DNA from: Minisyncoccia bacterium
GTDB lineage: Bacteria; Patescibacteriota; Minisyncoccia; UBA6257; HR35
NCBI GenBank assembly: GCA_049970635.1
Contig: JBMFMO010000002.1
Location: 1-35,360 of the forward strand
Direction of reading: 5' to 3'
Length of the DNA stretch: 35,360 bases
The translations under genes were made by a program, and so were the position numbers. Below the pieces are notes generated by a model. The model did not search any database. It was given only the letters and a program-made list of their open reading frames with translations, and had not been told where the DNA came from. Of the stretch, positions 24,355-34,664 are shown piece after piece. Each line of letters opens with the position of its first letter. Within the stretch, counting starts at the first letter, position 1.

Positions 24355-25204
24355 CTTTTGGTATCAAACCGTATGCATTGAATTCTTGACCACCTATTTT
24401 TAAATTGAAATAACCATTTTCCCAAACACCAGAATTAAAATCAAAAACTATCTCTTTAATATCACTATTTTTTATATTTTCTATTTTGTTTATATATCCT
24501 AAAATTTTTGCTGGTGGTAAATTTGTATCATAATGAATCCTTAATTTATTAATCAAATTTAAAATTTCAAAAATCTTCTCTTCTGGCATCTTTTCTAATT
24601 GATTTTTAAGTGATTTTAATATTATAAACTGATTTCTCATCCTATAAAAATCTCCTTCAGGATTGTATCTTGATCTTACAACCCATTCTATCCAATCACC
24701 TGAAAGATGATATTTGCCTGGATATAAGGTATAACCACTAACAGCATCAGTAACAGGATACTTCAAATCAACATCTAAACCTCCCATTTTATCTATTATA
24801 GTTTTTAATATATATGAGTCAAAAACTATGTAATATTTTGTCTTTATTCCAGTTAAATTATTTACCTCATCTAATAGTCTATCAATTTTTTTGAAACCAT
24901 ACAAAGAATTAATTTTATATAAATCACCATTAATATTTACTATAAGATCTCTTGGGATATGAATTATATAAACTTTATTATCTTTTATATATACTAAAAA
25001 TATAGCATCTGTGTTTTCTCCTCCATAATAGCCCGGCCCCATTTTTCCTAAAAATAATATACTATCTTCAGGGGAAAGTGTAAATAATTTTTGGAGATTT
25101 TGAAATATATACAATTTTTTTGGTGTTTTAATTATAAAAATTAAGGAATATAAAATTATTAAGAGAAAAATAAAAAATATTAAAAATAAAGATGCTTTTT
25201 TCAT
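24296..25204 (-). CDS. LytR-CpsA-Psr (LCP) family protein
   Basis: 302 aa with an N-terminal TM anchor. ILFLGK...TDAIFLVYI...IHIPRDL matches the LCP core. Confidence 0.75.
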   Translation of the reverse strand: MKKASLFLIFFIFLLIILYSLIFIIKTPKKLYIFQNLQKLFTLSPEDSILFLGKMGPGYYGGENTDAIFLVYIKDNKVYIIHIPRDLIVNINGDLYKINSLYGFKKIDRLLDEVNNLTGIKTKYYIVFDSYILKTIIDKMGGLDVDLKYPVTDAVSGYTLYPGKYHLSGDWIEWVVRSRYNPEGDFYRMRNQFIILKSLKNQLEKMPEEKIFEILNLINKLRIHYDTNLPPAKILGYINKIENIKNSDIKEIVFDFNSGVWENGYFNLKIGGQEFNAYGLIPKDGIGKYYTIRKKIKESIKD

Positions 25205-25205
25205 T

Positions 25206-25622
25206 TTATTCTCCTATTATTTTAAAAAATATTTTTCTTTCCCTTCCTATATTATCAAATTCTACGAGAAATATTCTTTGCCACATCCCCAACAAAACAT
25301 CATTATCTTCAACAATAAATTGAAATATTGGTCTAAATATAAGATTTTTTAAATGTGATGCAGCATTACCTTCTCCTAACCTATTATGATAATAATTTTC
25401 TTTTTCACTTAAAATTTTATCTAAAAAATTTTTAAAATCTTTTATCAAACCACTTTCATCTTCATTAAAATAAAAACCAGCTGTTGTATGTGGCAAAAAG
25501 ATAAAACATACCCCATCTTTAATCTCAGAATTTTTTATAACACCTCTAACTAATTCTGTTATATCAACAAAATCATATCTTCCTTTTGTTTTTATTATTC
25601 TTTTATCTTTAAAAATTTTCAT
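25206..25622 (-). CDS. yjbQ: YjbQ/UPF0047 family protein
   Basis: 138 aa with LPHTTAGFYFNE, NAASHLKN and LLGMWQRIFLVEFD blocks characteristic of YjbQ. Confidence 0.8.
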   Translation of the reverse strand: MKIFKDKRIIKTKGRYDFVDITELVRGVIKNSEIKDGVCFIFLPHTTAGFYFNEDESGLIKDFKNFLDKILSEKENYYHNRLGEGNAASHLKNLIFRPIFQFIVEDNDVLLGMWQRIFLVEFDNIGRERKIFFKIIGE

Positions 25623-28098
25623 CTTCTAATTTTTTAAATATAAACTCTTTATCAAAATCTACTAAAATTTTATCCCCTCTTTTTATCTCCTCTTTAAGTA
25701 TAAGATCGCTTAATCTTGATATAATCTCTCTTTCTATTGCTCTTTTTAATGGCCTTGCACCATAAACAGGGTCATATCCAAGCTCTATAATTTTTTTTAT
25801 AGCCCTATCATTTAAAATTATAGAAAATCCAAATTTTTTTAATAGATCTCCATTTAACTCATCAATCATAATATTTGTAATCTTTAAAAGATCATCTTTT
25901 GATAATGGTTTAAAAAATATTATTCCACTAAATCTATTCAAAAGTTCTATCCTAAAAATTTCTATTAATTTATCCCTTAATATAGGAGCTATATCTTCTA
26001 TACTTTTACCTTTTTCTATCTCTTCTTTTATAAAATCTGAAAAAGCATTTGATGTACATATAATGATAGTATTTGTAAAATCAATCAACCTTCCAAGGCC
26101 ATCTTTTATATAACCTTCATCAAATATTGGTAAAAATAGATTTAATACCTGTTGATTTGCTTTTTCAAATTCATCTAATAGAATCAATGAATATGGTTTT
26201 TTCCTAACTTCTTCTGTTAAAATTCCAAAAATTTTTCCATCTTCGCTTCCTATCAATTTTTTAATATCATCAGGGCTTTGAAACTCTACCATATCAATCC
26301 TTATAATCTCTTCTTCTCCTCCAAAATATACTCTTGCTAATGTTTTTGCAAGTTCTGTTTTACCAACTCCTGTTGGTCCTATAAAAAGGAATGTTCCTAT
26401 TGGTCCCTTTCTCTTTTCTATTCCAGATCTATATAATCTTAAAACCCTTGCAACTTCTTTTACAGCATAATCTTGATCAACCAATCTTTGGTGAATAATA
26501 CTTTCTAAATTTTCTAATAGATATTTTTCTGTCTCTAATGGTGCCTTAATCGGTATTCCTGTTATCCTACTTGCAACATCACCTATCATTTCTTCAGTAA
26601 TAATTTTTTCTTTTAAATTTTTAGCAAATCCTATTGTCTCTTTAATTAAATCTCTTGCTGAACCAGGTAATGGTTTATAACTTAAAAATTTTTTAGCTAA
26701 TAAAACTGCCCTTGAGATAGCTTGAGGTTGTATTAAAACATTATATTCTTTTTCATAAAAGATTGCTTCTAATGTTAATAATGTTATTGCTGAATCTATA
26801 TCTAATTCTTCTACCCTTATAACATCAAAAAACGAACTTATATTGTATAAAGCATTTAATTTTGATAAACCTTCGTCAGTTGTTGTAGATATTATAGAAA
26901 GATTTGTTTCTCTAATATATGTATATAATAGAGGCCAAATCTGAGAAATCTCTGATGATTGATGCAATTCTGGGAAAAATAAGATAACGTTTCTTGCTTT
27001 TATTGCTTCATTTAAAATTAATAGAAAATTTTGACTAAAATATAATGGATCTAAACTATAAACTCTTGCTATATCTAACTCAATAATTCTTTTATCAAAA
27101 TAATATTCTGGAACCTGATCATTAACTATCAGATATGCTAAATGGTATATTAAAGTTGTTCTTCCACTTCCTTCTCTACCAACTAAAATCATCTTTAACC
27201 TCTCTTCTTTTTTTATCTTATCTAATAATTGATTTAATTCATTTTTATGCCCTATTAAAATCCCAAGCTCACCTTTCCTTGCTAAATATGTAAGATCAGT
27301 TCCTATCTTGTCTAAAAATGGTGTTGGCGAGGATGTCCATGTTCTATTAAGCCATCTTCCTCTAAATGGAGAAAATAAAAATGAAGATTGTATCTGGTAT
27401 CTTTTTTTAACCCTTAATTTATATAATTCCATAACTATAGATGAATTTAGGTTTTCTGGAGAAATACTATATTTATTTAAAACCTCTTGAACTAATAAAT
27501 CACCAATTATTCTTAACGCTAAAAAGATAGATTCAGGAGTAATTTTTTTAAGATTTAAATTTTTTGATATCTCATATGATTTAATTAAAATTGGTTCAAT
27601 ATTTTTTAAGATTTTATTAACAATGTTTTCTCTTATATCTATATCTTCAAATCTTTCAACTGTTTTCAATATTTCCTCAAAATCTTTTCTCATCTTTTTA
27701 TTATCAATACCCAATCTTTTTAAGATATTTTCTATATTTTTAAGATTTAAAAGTTTTATAGCTAATAAAACTTGGGCCTTTTTAGGGTCTTCCAAAAACT
27801 CTACTTCTTTTATAAGATCCAAGAGGATTTCTTTTGTTTCGTCATCAAAAAAATCTAAGATATTTTCAGAGTCTTCGTATCTCAAATCTTTTATCGGATC
27901 TTTCTTAAACTTCAAAAAGTAGAACGAATATATAACTAAAATCCAAAATCCTATTATTTCAAAGGTCTTTGTTTTAGAGAACAAAAATGCTACTCCTAAA
28001 AATATTAATAAAATCCTAATAGAGAAAATTAAAATCTTAAACAGAAATTTTTCATTAAAATTAAGTTTTAACAATTTATCTTTTACATATTTAGCCAT
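25609..28098 (-). CDS. Membrane-anchored Clp/Hsp100-family AAA+ ATPase
   Basis: 829 aa. Two N-terminal hydrophobic helices are followed by a Clp_N-like region. NBD1 aligns to ClpB (GREGSGRT, NVILFFPELH). NBD2 is canonical (GPTGVGKT, ILLDEFEKA, GARPLKR). Confidence 0.85.
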   Translation of the reverse strand: MAKYVKDKLLKLNFNEKFLFKILIFSIRILLIFLGVAFLFSKTKTFEIIGFWILVIYSFYFLKFKKDPIKDLRYEDSENILDFFDDETKEILLDLIKEVEFLEDPKKAQVLLAIKLLNLKNIENILKRLGIDNKKMRKDFEEILKTVERFEDIDIRENIVNKILKNIEPILIKSYEISKNLNLKKITPESIFLALRIIGDLLVQEVLNKYSISPENLNSSIVMELYKLRVKKRYQIQSSFLFSPFRGRWLNRTWTSSPTPFLDKIGTDLTYLARKGELGILIGHKNELNQLLDKIKKEERLKMILVGREGSGRTTLIYHLAYLIVNDQVPEYYFDKRIIELDIARVYSLDPLYFSQNFLLILNEAIKARNVILFFPELHQSSEISQIWPLLYTYIRETNLSIISTTTDEGLSKLNALYNISSFFDVIRVEELDIDSAITLLTLEAIFYEKEYNVLIQPQAISRAVLLAKKFLSYKPLPGSARDLIKETIGFAKNLKEKIITEEMIGDVASRITGIPIKAPLETEKYLLENLESIIHQRLVDQDYAVKEVARVLRLYRSGIEKRKGPIGTFLFIGPTGVGKTELAKTLARVYFGGEEEIIRIDMVEFQSPDDIKKLIGSEDGKIFGILTEEVRKKPYSLILLDEFEKANQQVLNLFLPIFDEGYIKDGLGRLIDFTNTIIICTSNAFSDFIKEEIEKGKSIEDIAPILRDKLIEIFRIELLNRFSGIIFFKPLSKDDLLKITNIMIDELNGDLLKKFGFSIILNDRAIKKIIELGYDPVYGARPLKRAIEREIISRLSDLILKEEIKRGDKILVDFDKEFIFKKLEDENF

Positions 28099-28432
28099 TT
28101 TTATAAATAATATAAGTTAAAATTGCTGGAAGAGAAATCCATAATAAAAAAATTATTAAAAAGAAAAGAAGGTTTATTAATTGTAAAAAAAGACCTATTA
28201 AGATTATTGTAAATCTTAATGGTGGTGCATAAACATATGCTGGCAAAGATCTTTCTCCATATAAAGGAGCGAAAAAATTTAAAAGATTTAATCTAATATT
28301 AAAGTTTTTTTCAATAACTAAAATGGAATCAAAAAATTTATTAGATATAAACTTTAAACCATCATAAAACCAAAATTTCAAAAATCTAAATATATCATTT
28401 AAAATTTCTTCTAAAACAAATACTATTACCAT
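28091..28432 (-). CDS. Hypothetical small membrane protein
   Basis: 113 aa with a hydrophobic C-terminal half. Its start overlaps the upstream gene's stop by 1 nt and its stop overlaps the downstream gene's start by 8 nt. Confidence 0.55.
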   Translation of the reverse strand: MVIVFVLEEILNDIFRFLKFWFYDGLKFISNKFFDSILVIEKNFNIRLNLLNFFAPLYGERSLPAYVYAPPLRFTIILIGLFLQLINLLFFLIIFLLWISLPAILTYIIYKNG

Positions 28433-29703
28433 TAGAATAAAAACTTTAATTTTTGCTTCTCTTCTATTTTTTCTTCTCCCCCAAATATTTTTATAACTCC
28501 ATATTCTCCATCATATCCAGGCTCTATATATATTTTATTATCATTAAATCTTTTTATTGCCTCTATAACTTTTTCTGGGGTAATATTTTTAAGCTTTAAA
28601 TAATCCTCATCTTTAAAATTTAGAAAAAATGAAAATTCATTATCAAAAAAACTTAAAACTTTCATATAAATATCTAAGACTTTTTTTGAGGTAGGAGATG
28701 AATTAATTGCTTCACTTATTATCTCTGTAAGAGGAATTATATGTTTAAATGGAGGTCTATTTTTTGCTATATAATCTTTATCTCTATCAGAAAGCTTTTC
28801 AACTCTAGACATAACTCCTATTGTTACAGGCTTTTTACAAACACTACAAATATATCTATTCTCAATTGATTCTTCTGGTGAATATCTAACCTTGCAAATT
28901 CTATGACCATCATAATGATATTTTCCCTCTTCTGGGAAAAATTCTATTGTTAGGATTATCTTGTTTTTTTCATCTGGATCTCTTAAGGATTTTAATAATA
29001 AATCATATGAGTAATCTTCTAATTCAAATAATGTTGCTTCTCTTCCTATTCTATGTGGATATGCTGAATGGGAATCTGAAAAAGATACAATTTGAAAATC
29101 ATCAAGTTGAGAAAGCCTCCAGTTCATCTTAGGATCTGATGATAATCCTGTTTCAACCGCATAAATATATTTTTTATATTCTCCAAATGCTTCATCTATT
29201 GAATCAAATCCAGACATAGAACCAAATAAACTGAACCATGGGGTCCATATGTGTGCTGGAATAATTATTGCTTTCTCATTAATATCTAAAACAATTTTTA
29301 TTAGATCTTTTAAATCCATCCCTATGGTTGGTCTGCCATCAGAACTTAAATTTGTATAAATAGACAATTTTTTATTAAGTTTTTCAACAGATTCTAAATC
29401 AGGATAAAATATTAAAACATGAATTCTTTTTATATTTTTTTGCCTAGAAAATATTAAGCTTATTTCTGTTGTAAGTAAAAAATAGATAGTTGAATTATCA
29501 TCTTTTAATTTAAAAAAACCTTTTCCATTAGAAACTAATTTTTCTTTAATTTCTTTAAACCATAATGGATGAGTAAAATCTCCTGTTCCTATTAAATTTA
29601 ATCCCTTAAATCTTCCCCAATATTCTAAATTTTCTAAATTTAAATCCTTTGAGCATGCTCTTGAATATTTTGAATGTAAATGCAAATCTGCAAAAATTTT
29701 CAT
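28432..29703 (-). CDS. PHP-domain endonuclease Q (EndoQ)-like protein
   Basis: 423 aa. N-terminal DLHLHSKYSRACS...GLNLIGTGDFTHPLW matches the EndoQ/TIGR00375 PHP signature. A C-terminal Cys cluster (CSVCKKPVTIGVMSRV) resembles its zinc finger. Confidence 0.7.
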   Translation of the reverse strand: MKIFADLHLHSKYSRACSKDLNLENLEYWGRFKGLNLIGTGDFTHPLWFKEIKEKLVSNGKGFFKLKDDNSTIYFLLTTEISLIFSRQKNIKRIHVLIFYPDLESVEKLNKKLSIYTNLSSDGRPTIGMDLKDLIKIVLDINEKAIIIPAHIWTPWFSLFGSMSGFDSIDEAFGEYKKYIYAVETGLSSDPKMNWRLSQLDDFQIVSFSDSHSAYPHRIGREATLFELEDYSYDLLLKSLRDPDEKNKIILTIEFFPEEGKYHYDGHRICKVRYSPEESIENRYICSVCKKPVTIGVMSRVEKLSDRDKDYIAKNRPPFKHIIPLTEIISEAINSSPTSKKVLDIYMKVLSFFDNEFSFFLNFKDEDYLKLKNITPEKVIEAIKRFNDNKIYIEPGYDGEYGVIKIFGGEEKIEEKQKLKFLF

Positions 29704-31133
29704 TCTTTAACAAATGGGAAATATATAACATCCCTTAAATATCTTGAGTTTGTTAATATCATTACTAATCTATCTATTCCAATTCCTAAGCCTGCTGTCG
29801 GTGGCATACCATATTCTAATGCTTCTATAAATGTTTCATCATATGGATGAGCATCCTCATCTCCTTTTTTTAATTCCTCTTGTGTCCTTAAAAATCTTTC
29901 TTTTTGATCAATAGGATCATTTAATTCTGCAAAGGCATTTATAATCTCTAATCCTCCTATATATCCTTGAAATCTTAATGTTAATTCTGGATTTTTTGGA
30001 TTTGATTTTGCTAATGGAGATATATCTTTTGGATGATCAGTTAAAAATGTTGGTTGTACCAAGTTTTTTCTTATTAATTTTTTAAATATCTCATCTAAAA
30101 TCTTTGCTTTTGTTATTATCTTTGGATTAAATTCTATATTATTTTTTTCTGCATATTTTAGAAAATCTTCTAATGAATCTTTAAAATAATCTAACCCTGT
30201 ATATTTTTTAATTATCTCAAGATATTTTATCCTCTTCCACTTCTTATTAAAATCTATCTTGTTTCCTTGATATTCTATTATTAAATTTTTTGATCCAAAT
30301 TTTTTATTAAATCTTTTTACAAGTTCTCTTAATAACTCTTCAATAAATTTCATTAATCCTTCTCTATCACAATAGGCATAATAAAGTTCCATCATTGTAA
30401 ATTCTGGATTGTGTTCTCTATCAATCCCTTCATTTCTAAAATTTTTACCTATCTCAAAGATTTTTTCAAATCCACCAACAATCATTTTTTTAAGGTATAT
30501 TTCAGGAGCTATTCTTAAATATAATGGAATACCTAATGCTTCTAAATATGTTCTAAATGGCCTTGCTAATGCTCCTCCATAATGGGTCTGTAAAATCGGT
30601 GTTTCAACTTCAACAAAACCCTTCTCCCATAAAATTTCCCTCAAAAGCCTAATTATATAAAATCTTTTATCAAAAATTTCTTTATCTTCTTCATAAAAAA
30701 TTGTTCTTAAATATGGACACCTAACTAATAATTCTTCATCCCTAATCTTGTAATATTCTTTTGGAAAATTTTTTAATGATTTTGCAAGTAAAATATATTC
30801 TTTTGCTAATATACTTTTTTCTTTGCTTTTTGGTAGAAACAAGCTTCCTTTTATATTTATAAAATCTCCAATTTTAAAAATCTTATTAAATAATTCGAAT
30901 TTCTTTGTCTTACCATTTTGCAAAATAACTTGAATTTTACCACTTTCATCTTTTATATTTAAAAATATGATATTCCCATGATCTCTGATGGCCATAATTC
31001 TCCCGGCAACCCAAAAAACTTTTTTCTCTTTTAAAAATTTATTAAATTTTTCTAAAAGATCAGATATTTTATAATCTCTCTTTGATTTTTCAGGATAAAT
31101 TTCTTTCACTAATTTTTTAATATCCTCTAACAT
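29700..31133 (-). CDS. lysS: Lysine--tRNA ligase, class II
   Basis: 477 aa with an OB-fold N-terminal domain, FVEVETPILQ...GGALARPF, and motif 3 GIGIDRLVM. Confidence 0.93.
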   Translation of the reverse strand: MLEDIKKLVKEIYPEKSKRDYKISDLLEKFNKFLKEKKVFWVAGRIMAIRDHGNIIFLNIKDESGKIQVILQNGKTKKFELFNKIFKIGDFINIKGSLFLPKSKEKSILAKEYILLAKSLKNFPKEYYKIRDEELLVRCPYLRTIFYEEDKEIFDKRFYIIRLLREILWEKGFVEVETPILQTHYGGALARPFRTYLEALGIPLYLRIAPEIYLKKMIVGGFEKIFEIGKNFRNEGIDREHNPEFTMMELYYAYCDREGLMKFIEELLRELVKRFNKKFGSKNLIIEYQGNKIDFNKKWKRIKYLEIIKKYTGLDYFKDSLEDFLKYAEKNNIEFNPKIITKAKILDEIFKKLIRKNLVQPTFLTDHPKDISPLAKSNPKNPELTLRFQGYIGGLEIINAFAELNDPIDQKERFLRTQEELKKGDEDAHPYDETFIEALEYGMPPTAGLGIGIDRLVMILTNSRYLRDVIYFPFVKE

Positions 31134-32378
31134 CTATTTCATTAATTCTCCTGGCCCTTTCATACTTTGTTCTAATTGCGACGAGATTTGTTGGTATATA
31201 GGAACAATTACAGAAACAGCTACAAATCCAACTATTATACCTACACCCAAAATCAAGACTGGTTCTATTATTGTAATTAAATTTTTTATTAAAATTCTAA
31301 TCTCTTCTTCATAATTTTTTTCTAAAATTCTTAATATTTCACTCAAGTTTCCTGTTTGCGATGCTGTTTTTATAATACCAGAAAATATCTTAGGGAAAAT
31401 TGGTTCTTCTGATATTAATTCTCCAAAATCTCCTCCTGTCTGTATCTTTTTATAAATCCTTGTTAGGGCTGTTCTTATCCCTTCATGTTTTATAACAGAG
31501 CTTGTTAAATATAATGACTGTGCTAATGGTATTCCTCCTTCTATCAATGAGCTTAATGTAAAACAAAATGCTCTTAAATTTAATGAAAATAAAAGATTTT
31601 TTATAAAAGGAATTTTCAATCCTAATTTATAAAAAAAATCTCTTCCCCTTTTCGAAATAATAAGAAAGATTAAGATTAGAATTAAGGCTCCTAATATTAA
31701 CAAAATTGATTTAATATTTTTTCCTATAAAAATCCCTACTTTCAATATAATCTCAGAAAATTTTGGCAATTTTGTCCCCATCTCTAAAACCAATTGGGAA
31801 AGCCTTGGCATAACCAATGTACTTGCTAATATAACAACAGCAAATGCTGCTATCAAAACTATTGTTGGATAAATTAATGAAGATAAAATTTCTGATCTAA
31901 TCTCTTTTTCTTTTTCAAGATTTTCTGTCCAATCTTCAAATGTTTTTAATAAATTACCAGACATTTCACCAACCTTTATCATCTCTACCTCTATCTGTGA
32001 AAAATCTTCTGGAAATGCTTGGAATGCTTGATATATAGGATTTCCTTTTTCAACATTCAAAATCAAAAACAATATAAACTCTTTTAACTTACCTCCTTTT
32101 AAATCTTTAACAAAATTTTTTAAGCCTTCAACTGGACTTGCTCCAGATTTTAATATTAAAGAAATTGTCCTTGCTAAAAAAATCTTATTTTTTAAAGAAA
32201 TTTTAAATATGCTTTTAGATAATTTAGAAAATATATTCTCTTTAACAGGGCTAATTTTCAACACTGTTAATCCTAAACTGGATAAATACTCTATAACTTC
32301 TTCTTCTGTGTTTGCCAACAAGGTTCCCTTTTGTGTTTTACCCGAAGTATCTATAGAATTAAATTTGAAAAATTTCAT
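31134..32378 (-). CDS. pilC: Type IV pilus / T2SS platform protein (GspF/PilC family)
   Basis: 414 aa with two GspF-type repeats and 3 TM segments, directly downstream of pilB. Confidence 0.85.
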   Translation of the reverse strand: MKFFKFNSIDTSGKTQKGTLLANTEEEVIEYLSSLGLTVLKISPVKENIFSKLSKSIFKISLKNKIFLARTISLILKSGASPVEGLKNFVKDLKGGKLKEFILFLILNVEKGNPIYQAFQAFPEDFSQIEVEMIKVGEMSGNLLKTFEDWTENLEKEKEIRSEILSSLIYPTIVLIAAFAVVILASTLVMPRLSQLVLEMGTKLPKFSEIILKVGIFIGKNIKSILLILGALILILIFLIISKRGRDFFYKLGLKIPFIKNLLFSLNLRAFCFTLSSLIEGGIPLAQSLYLTSSVIKHEGIRTALTRIYKKIQTGGDFGELISEEPIFPKIFSGIIKTASQTGNLSEILRILEKNYEEEIRILIKNLITIIEPVLILGVGIIVGFVAVSVIVPIYQQISSQLEQSMKGPGELMK

Positions 32379-32379
32379 T

Positions 32380-34086
32380 TTATTCTCTTATTACTCTTAA
32401 AACTTCTTCTAATGTTGTTATTCCTACTGTAACTTTTTCTAAGCCATCCTCAAACATTGTTCTAAAATTTTTTTCCCTTAAGATATTTTTAAATTCAATA
32501 TTATTAAATTGTTTTGTCGCTAAATAATTGCTTAACTCCTCATCAACAAAAAATCCTTCAAATATTCCTGTTCTTCCCTTATAACCACTATAACCACATA
32601 ATTCACATCCTTTTCCCTTATATATAGTTTTTGGTATAGGATAATTTTTTAAATCTTTTTCTGGAACTCCAATATTCTTTAGTTGTTCTATTATAGCTTT
32701 TTCTTGGTGTGGTTTAATTTCTTCTGAATATACACAATTTAAACATATTTTTCTTACTAATCTTTGTGCCAATACCATATTTAATGTAGCTGATATAAGA
32801 TATGGAGGTACATTTAAATCTATTAATCTTGGGATAGCACTTGGTGCATCATTTGTATGCAATGTTGATAATATTAAGTGTCCTGTAAGAGCAGCTTGAA
32901 TAGCTATATCAGCTGTTTCATAATCTCTTATCTCGCCCACCATTATAATATTAGGATCTTGTCTTAAAAGTGCTCTTAAACCAGTGGCAAATGTTAACCC
33001 CAGTTTAGGATTTACCTGCATCTGATTTATTTTAGGAAGCTCATATTCTATAGGATCTTCAATTGTACATATATTTACTTCTGGTCTATTTAAAAGTTGT
33101 AATATTGTATATAATGTAGTTGTTTTACCACATCCCGTAGGGCCAGTAACCAAAATTATTCCATATGTCTTTTTAATTGCTTTTTCAGTAGCTTCTTGTA
33201 TAAATTGGTTCATTCCAAGCTCTTCTAATGATGTTGGCTTAAAAGTTGCTGCTAATAATCTTAATTCAGCTTTTTCTCCATATAAAGTTGGGATTATTGA
33301 AACCCTTATATCAAATTCATAATTTCCAAGCTTTGTTTTAAATCTTCCATCTTGTGGCCTAAAGTGTTCATCTAATTGTAAGCTTGAAAGAATTTTTACT
33401 CTTGCTATTAATGCTGGGTGCAAATATTTTGGTAATCTTAATATCTCTCTTAAAATACCATCAATTCTAAATCTTATAAGAGAAAAGTCTGAAAATATTT
33501 CAATATGAATATCTGAAGCATTCATTCCCATAGCATAAGTTAAAAGATTATCAACTATTCTTGATGCAGATAATAATTGTTCTTCTTCTGTTGTTACTGC
33601 TTTTGAAAGTTGTGATACCTCTTTCTCTAAAAGCTCTCTATATCTTTCTCTAAACAAGGCTTGATAATTTGTTAATCCATATTGAATTTCATCTGGCAGG
33701 CTTAAATATGGTTCAACTTGCATATGCGTTAAATTAGAAATTAAAGTTATGGTTTCCATATCTTTTGGATTTACCATAGCTAAATTTAATCTATCATTTT
33801 CTATCCCAAATGGTATGACTTGCTTTTCAATTGCTATCTGCTCTGGAACCAGTTTTAAGATTGAAGGTTGTATCTGAATCTTTTTTAAATTTACTCTTTT
33901 AACTCCTAAATATTCACTTAAAAGATTAGCATAATATTCTTTATCGAGCAATCTTCTGCTTAATAATAGATCTAAAGGTTCTAAATTTAAAAAGTTTGCT
34001 TCTTTTTTTACTTCTTCCCAAGTAGGTTCATCTAAAATTTGATTTTTTATTAAGAGATTTTTTAATTCTTCTTCTGAAATAATCAT
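32380..34086 (-). CDS. pilB: Type IV pilus assembly ATPase (GspE/PilB family)
   Basis: 568 aa. Walker A GPTGCGKTTT, Asp box, Walker B IIMVGEIRD, His box LSTLHTND and a tetracysteine motif (CLNC...CELC). Confidence 0.9.
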   Translation of the reverse strand: MIISEEELKNLLIKNQILDEPTWEEVKKEANFLNLEPLDLLLSRRLLDKEYYANLLSEYLGVKRVNLKKIQIQPSILKLVPEQIAIEKQVIPFGIENDRLNLAMVNPKDMETITLISNLTHMQVEPYLSLPDEIQYGLTNYQALFRERYRELLEKEVSQLSKAVTTEEEQLLSASRIVDNLLTYAMGMNASDIHIEIFSDFSLIRFRIDGILREILRLPKYLHPALIARVKILSSLQLDEHFRPQDGRFKTKLGNYEFDIRVSIIPTLYGEKAELRLLAATFKPTSLEELGMNQFIQEATEKAIKKTYGIILVTGPTGCGKTTTLYTILQLLNRPEVNICTIEDPIEYELPKINQMQVNPKLGLTFATGLRALLRQDPNIIMVGEIRDYETADIAIQAALTGHLILSTLHTNDAPSAIPRLIDLNVPPYLISATLNMVLAQRLVRKICLNCVYSEEIKPHQEKAIIEQLKNIGVPEKDLKNYPIPKTIYKGKGCELCGYSGYKGRTGIFEGFFVDEELSNYLATKQFNNIEFKNILREKNFRTMFEDGLEKVTVGITTLEEVLRVIRE

Positions 34087-34664
34087 GGCATTAAGGAAAT
34101 AAATAATCCTTTTTCAAATATTACCATATTTAATATTATAAAAAATATTGATATAAAAATCCAATAATCTTTAATTGATATTTTTTCATAAATCTCTTTA
34201 GAAATAATATGTTTAAATAATAAAAAGGAGAGGCCTGAAAAAAATATAAGAAAACTAAATGGAAAATCAACAAGCAATGTAACAGATGGAACTATTATAT
34301 ATTCTTCTTCATAAAATAAAGAGTTTTTAAATATTTTATTTAAAAATAAGATTAAAGATAGAATAAATATCCCTGAAATTATTCTCCAGATAAAATTTTT
34401 ATAAAAATGGTGGTATGAATAAGATAAAAAATAAGAAATTGGTGTATATGGGGGTAGCAAAAATTTTGATAATGGATTGTTTTGCCAGATTTTATATTGA
34501 AAGTATGATAATAAAAATATATGGATGAAAAAAATAGTTAAAAATATTAAAATTGTTAATGGAATGTACTTTTTTTTATGTTTAAGATAAAAATATAGTA
34601 AAATAAAAGATGTAATTAAACTAAGGAAATATGGAAAATATTTGTTTAAAATTATGACCATCAA
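34083..34664 (-). CDS. Hypothetical polytopic membrane protein, translationally coupled to pilB
   Basis: 193 aa with about 5-6 hydrophobic segments. Its TGA overlaps the pilB ATG (ATGA). I see no recognisable motifs. Confidence 0.5.
   Translation of the reverse strand: MMVIILNKYFPYFLSLITSFILLYFYLKHKKKYIPLTILIFLTIFFIHIFLLSYFQYKIWQNNPLSKFLLPPYTPISYFLSYSYHHFYKNFIWRIISGIFILSLILFLNKIFKNSLFYEEEYIIVPSVTLLVDFPFSFLIFFSGLSFLLFKHIISKEIYEKISIKDYWIFISIFFIILNMVIFEKGLFISLMP

Noticed and set aside
2361-32400. Short ORFs from the track lying inside or antisense to larger genes. They are 2361-2552, 4200-4433, 4563-4832, 4924-5118, 5437-5676, 7525-7782, 9351-9581, 10479-10883, 11913-12098, 16278-16760, 17712-18278, 19856-20095, 21042-21233, 21182-21382, 23059-23244, 27308-27490, 27623-27922, 28947-29132 and 32209-32400.
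   Set aside because: Each is fully or largely embedded in a well-supported conserved gene, mostly on the opposite strand. They have low-complexity F/L/I/S-rich translations typical of shadow frames in AT-rich DNA.
34083-34664. The membrane protein next to pilB as the prepilin peptidase PilD
   Set aside because: It is too short and lacks the conserved GxGD(V/I)K-type second catalytic motif and the cytoplasmic N-methyltransferase region.
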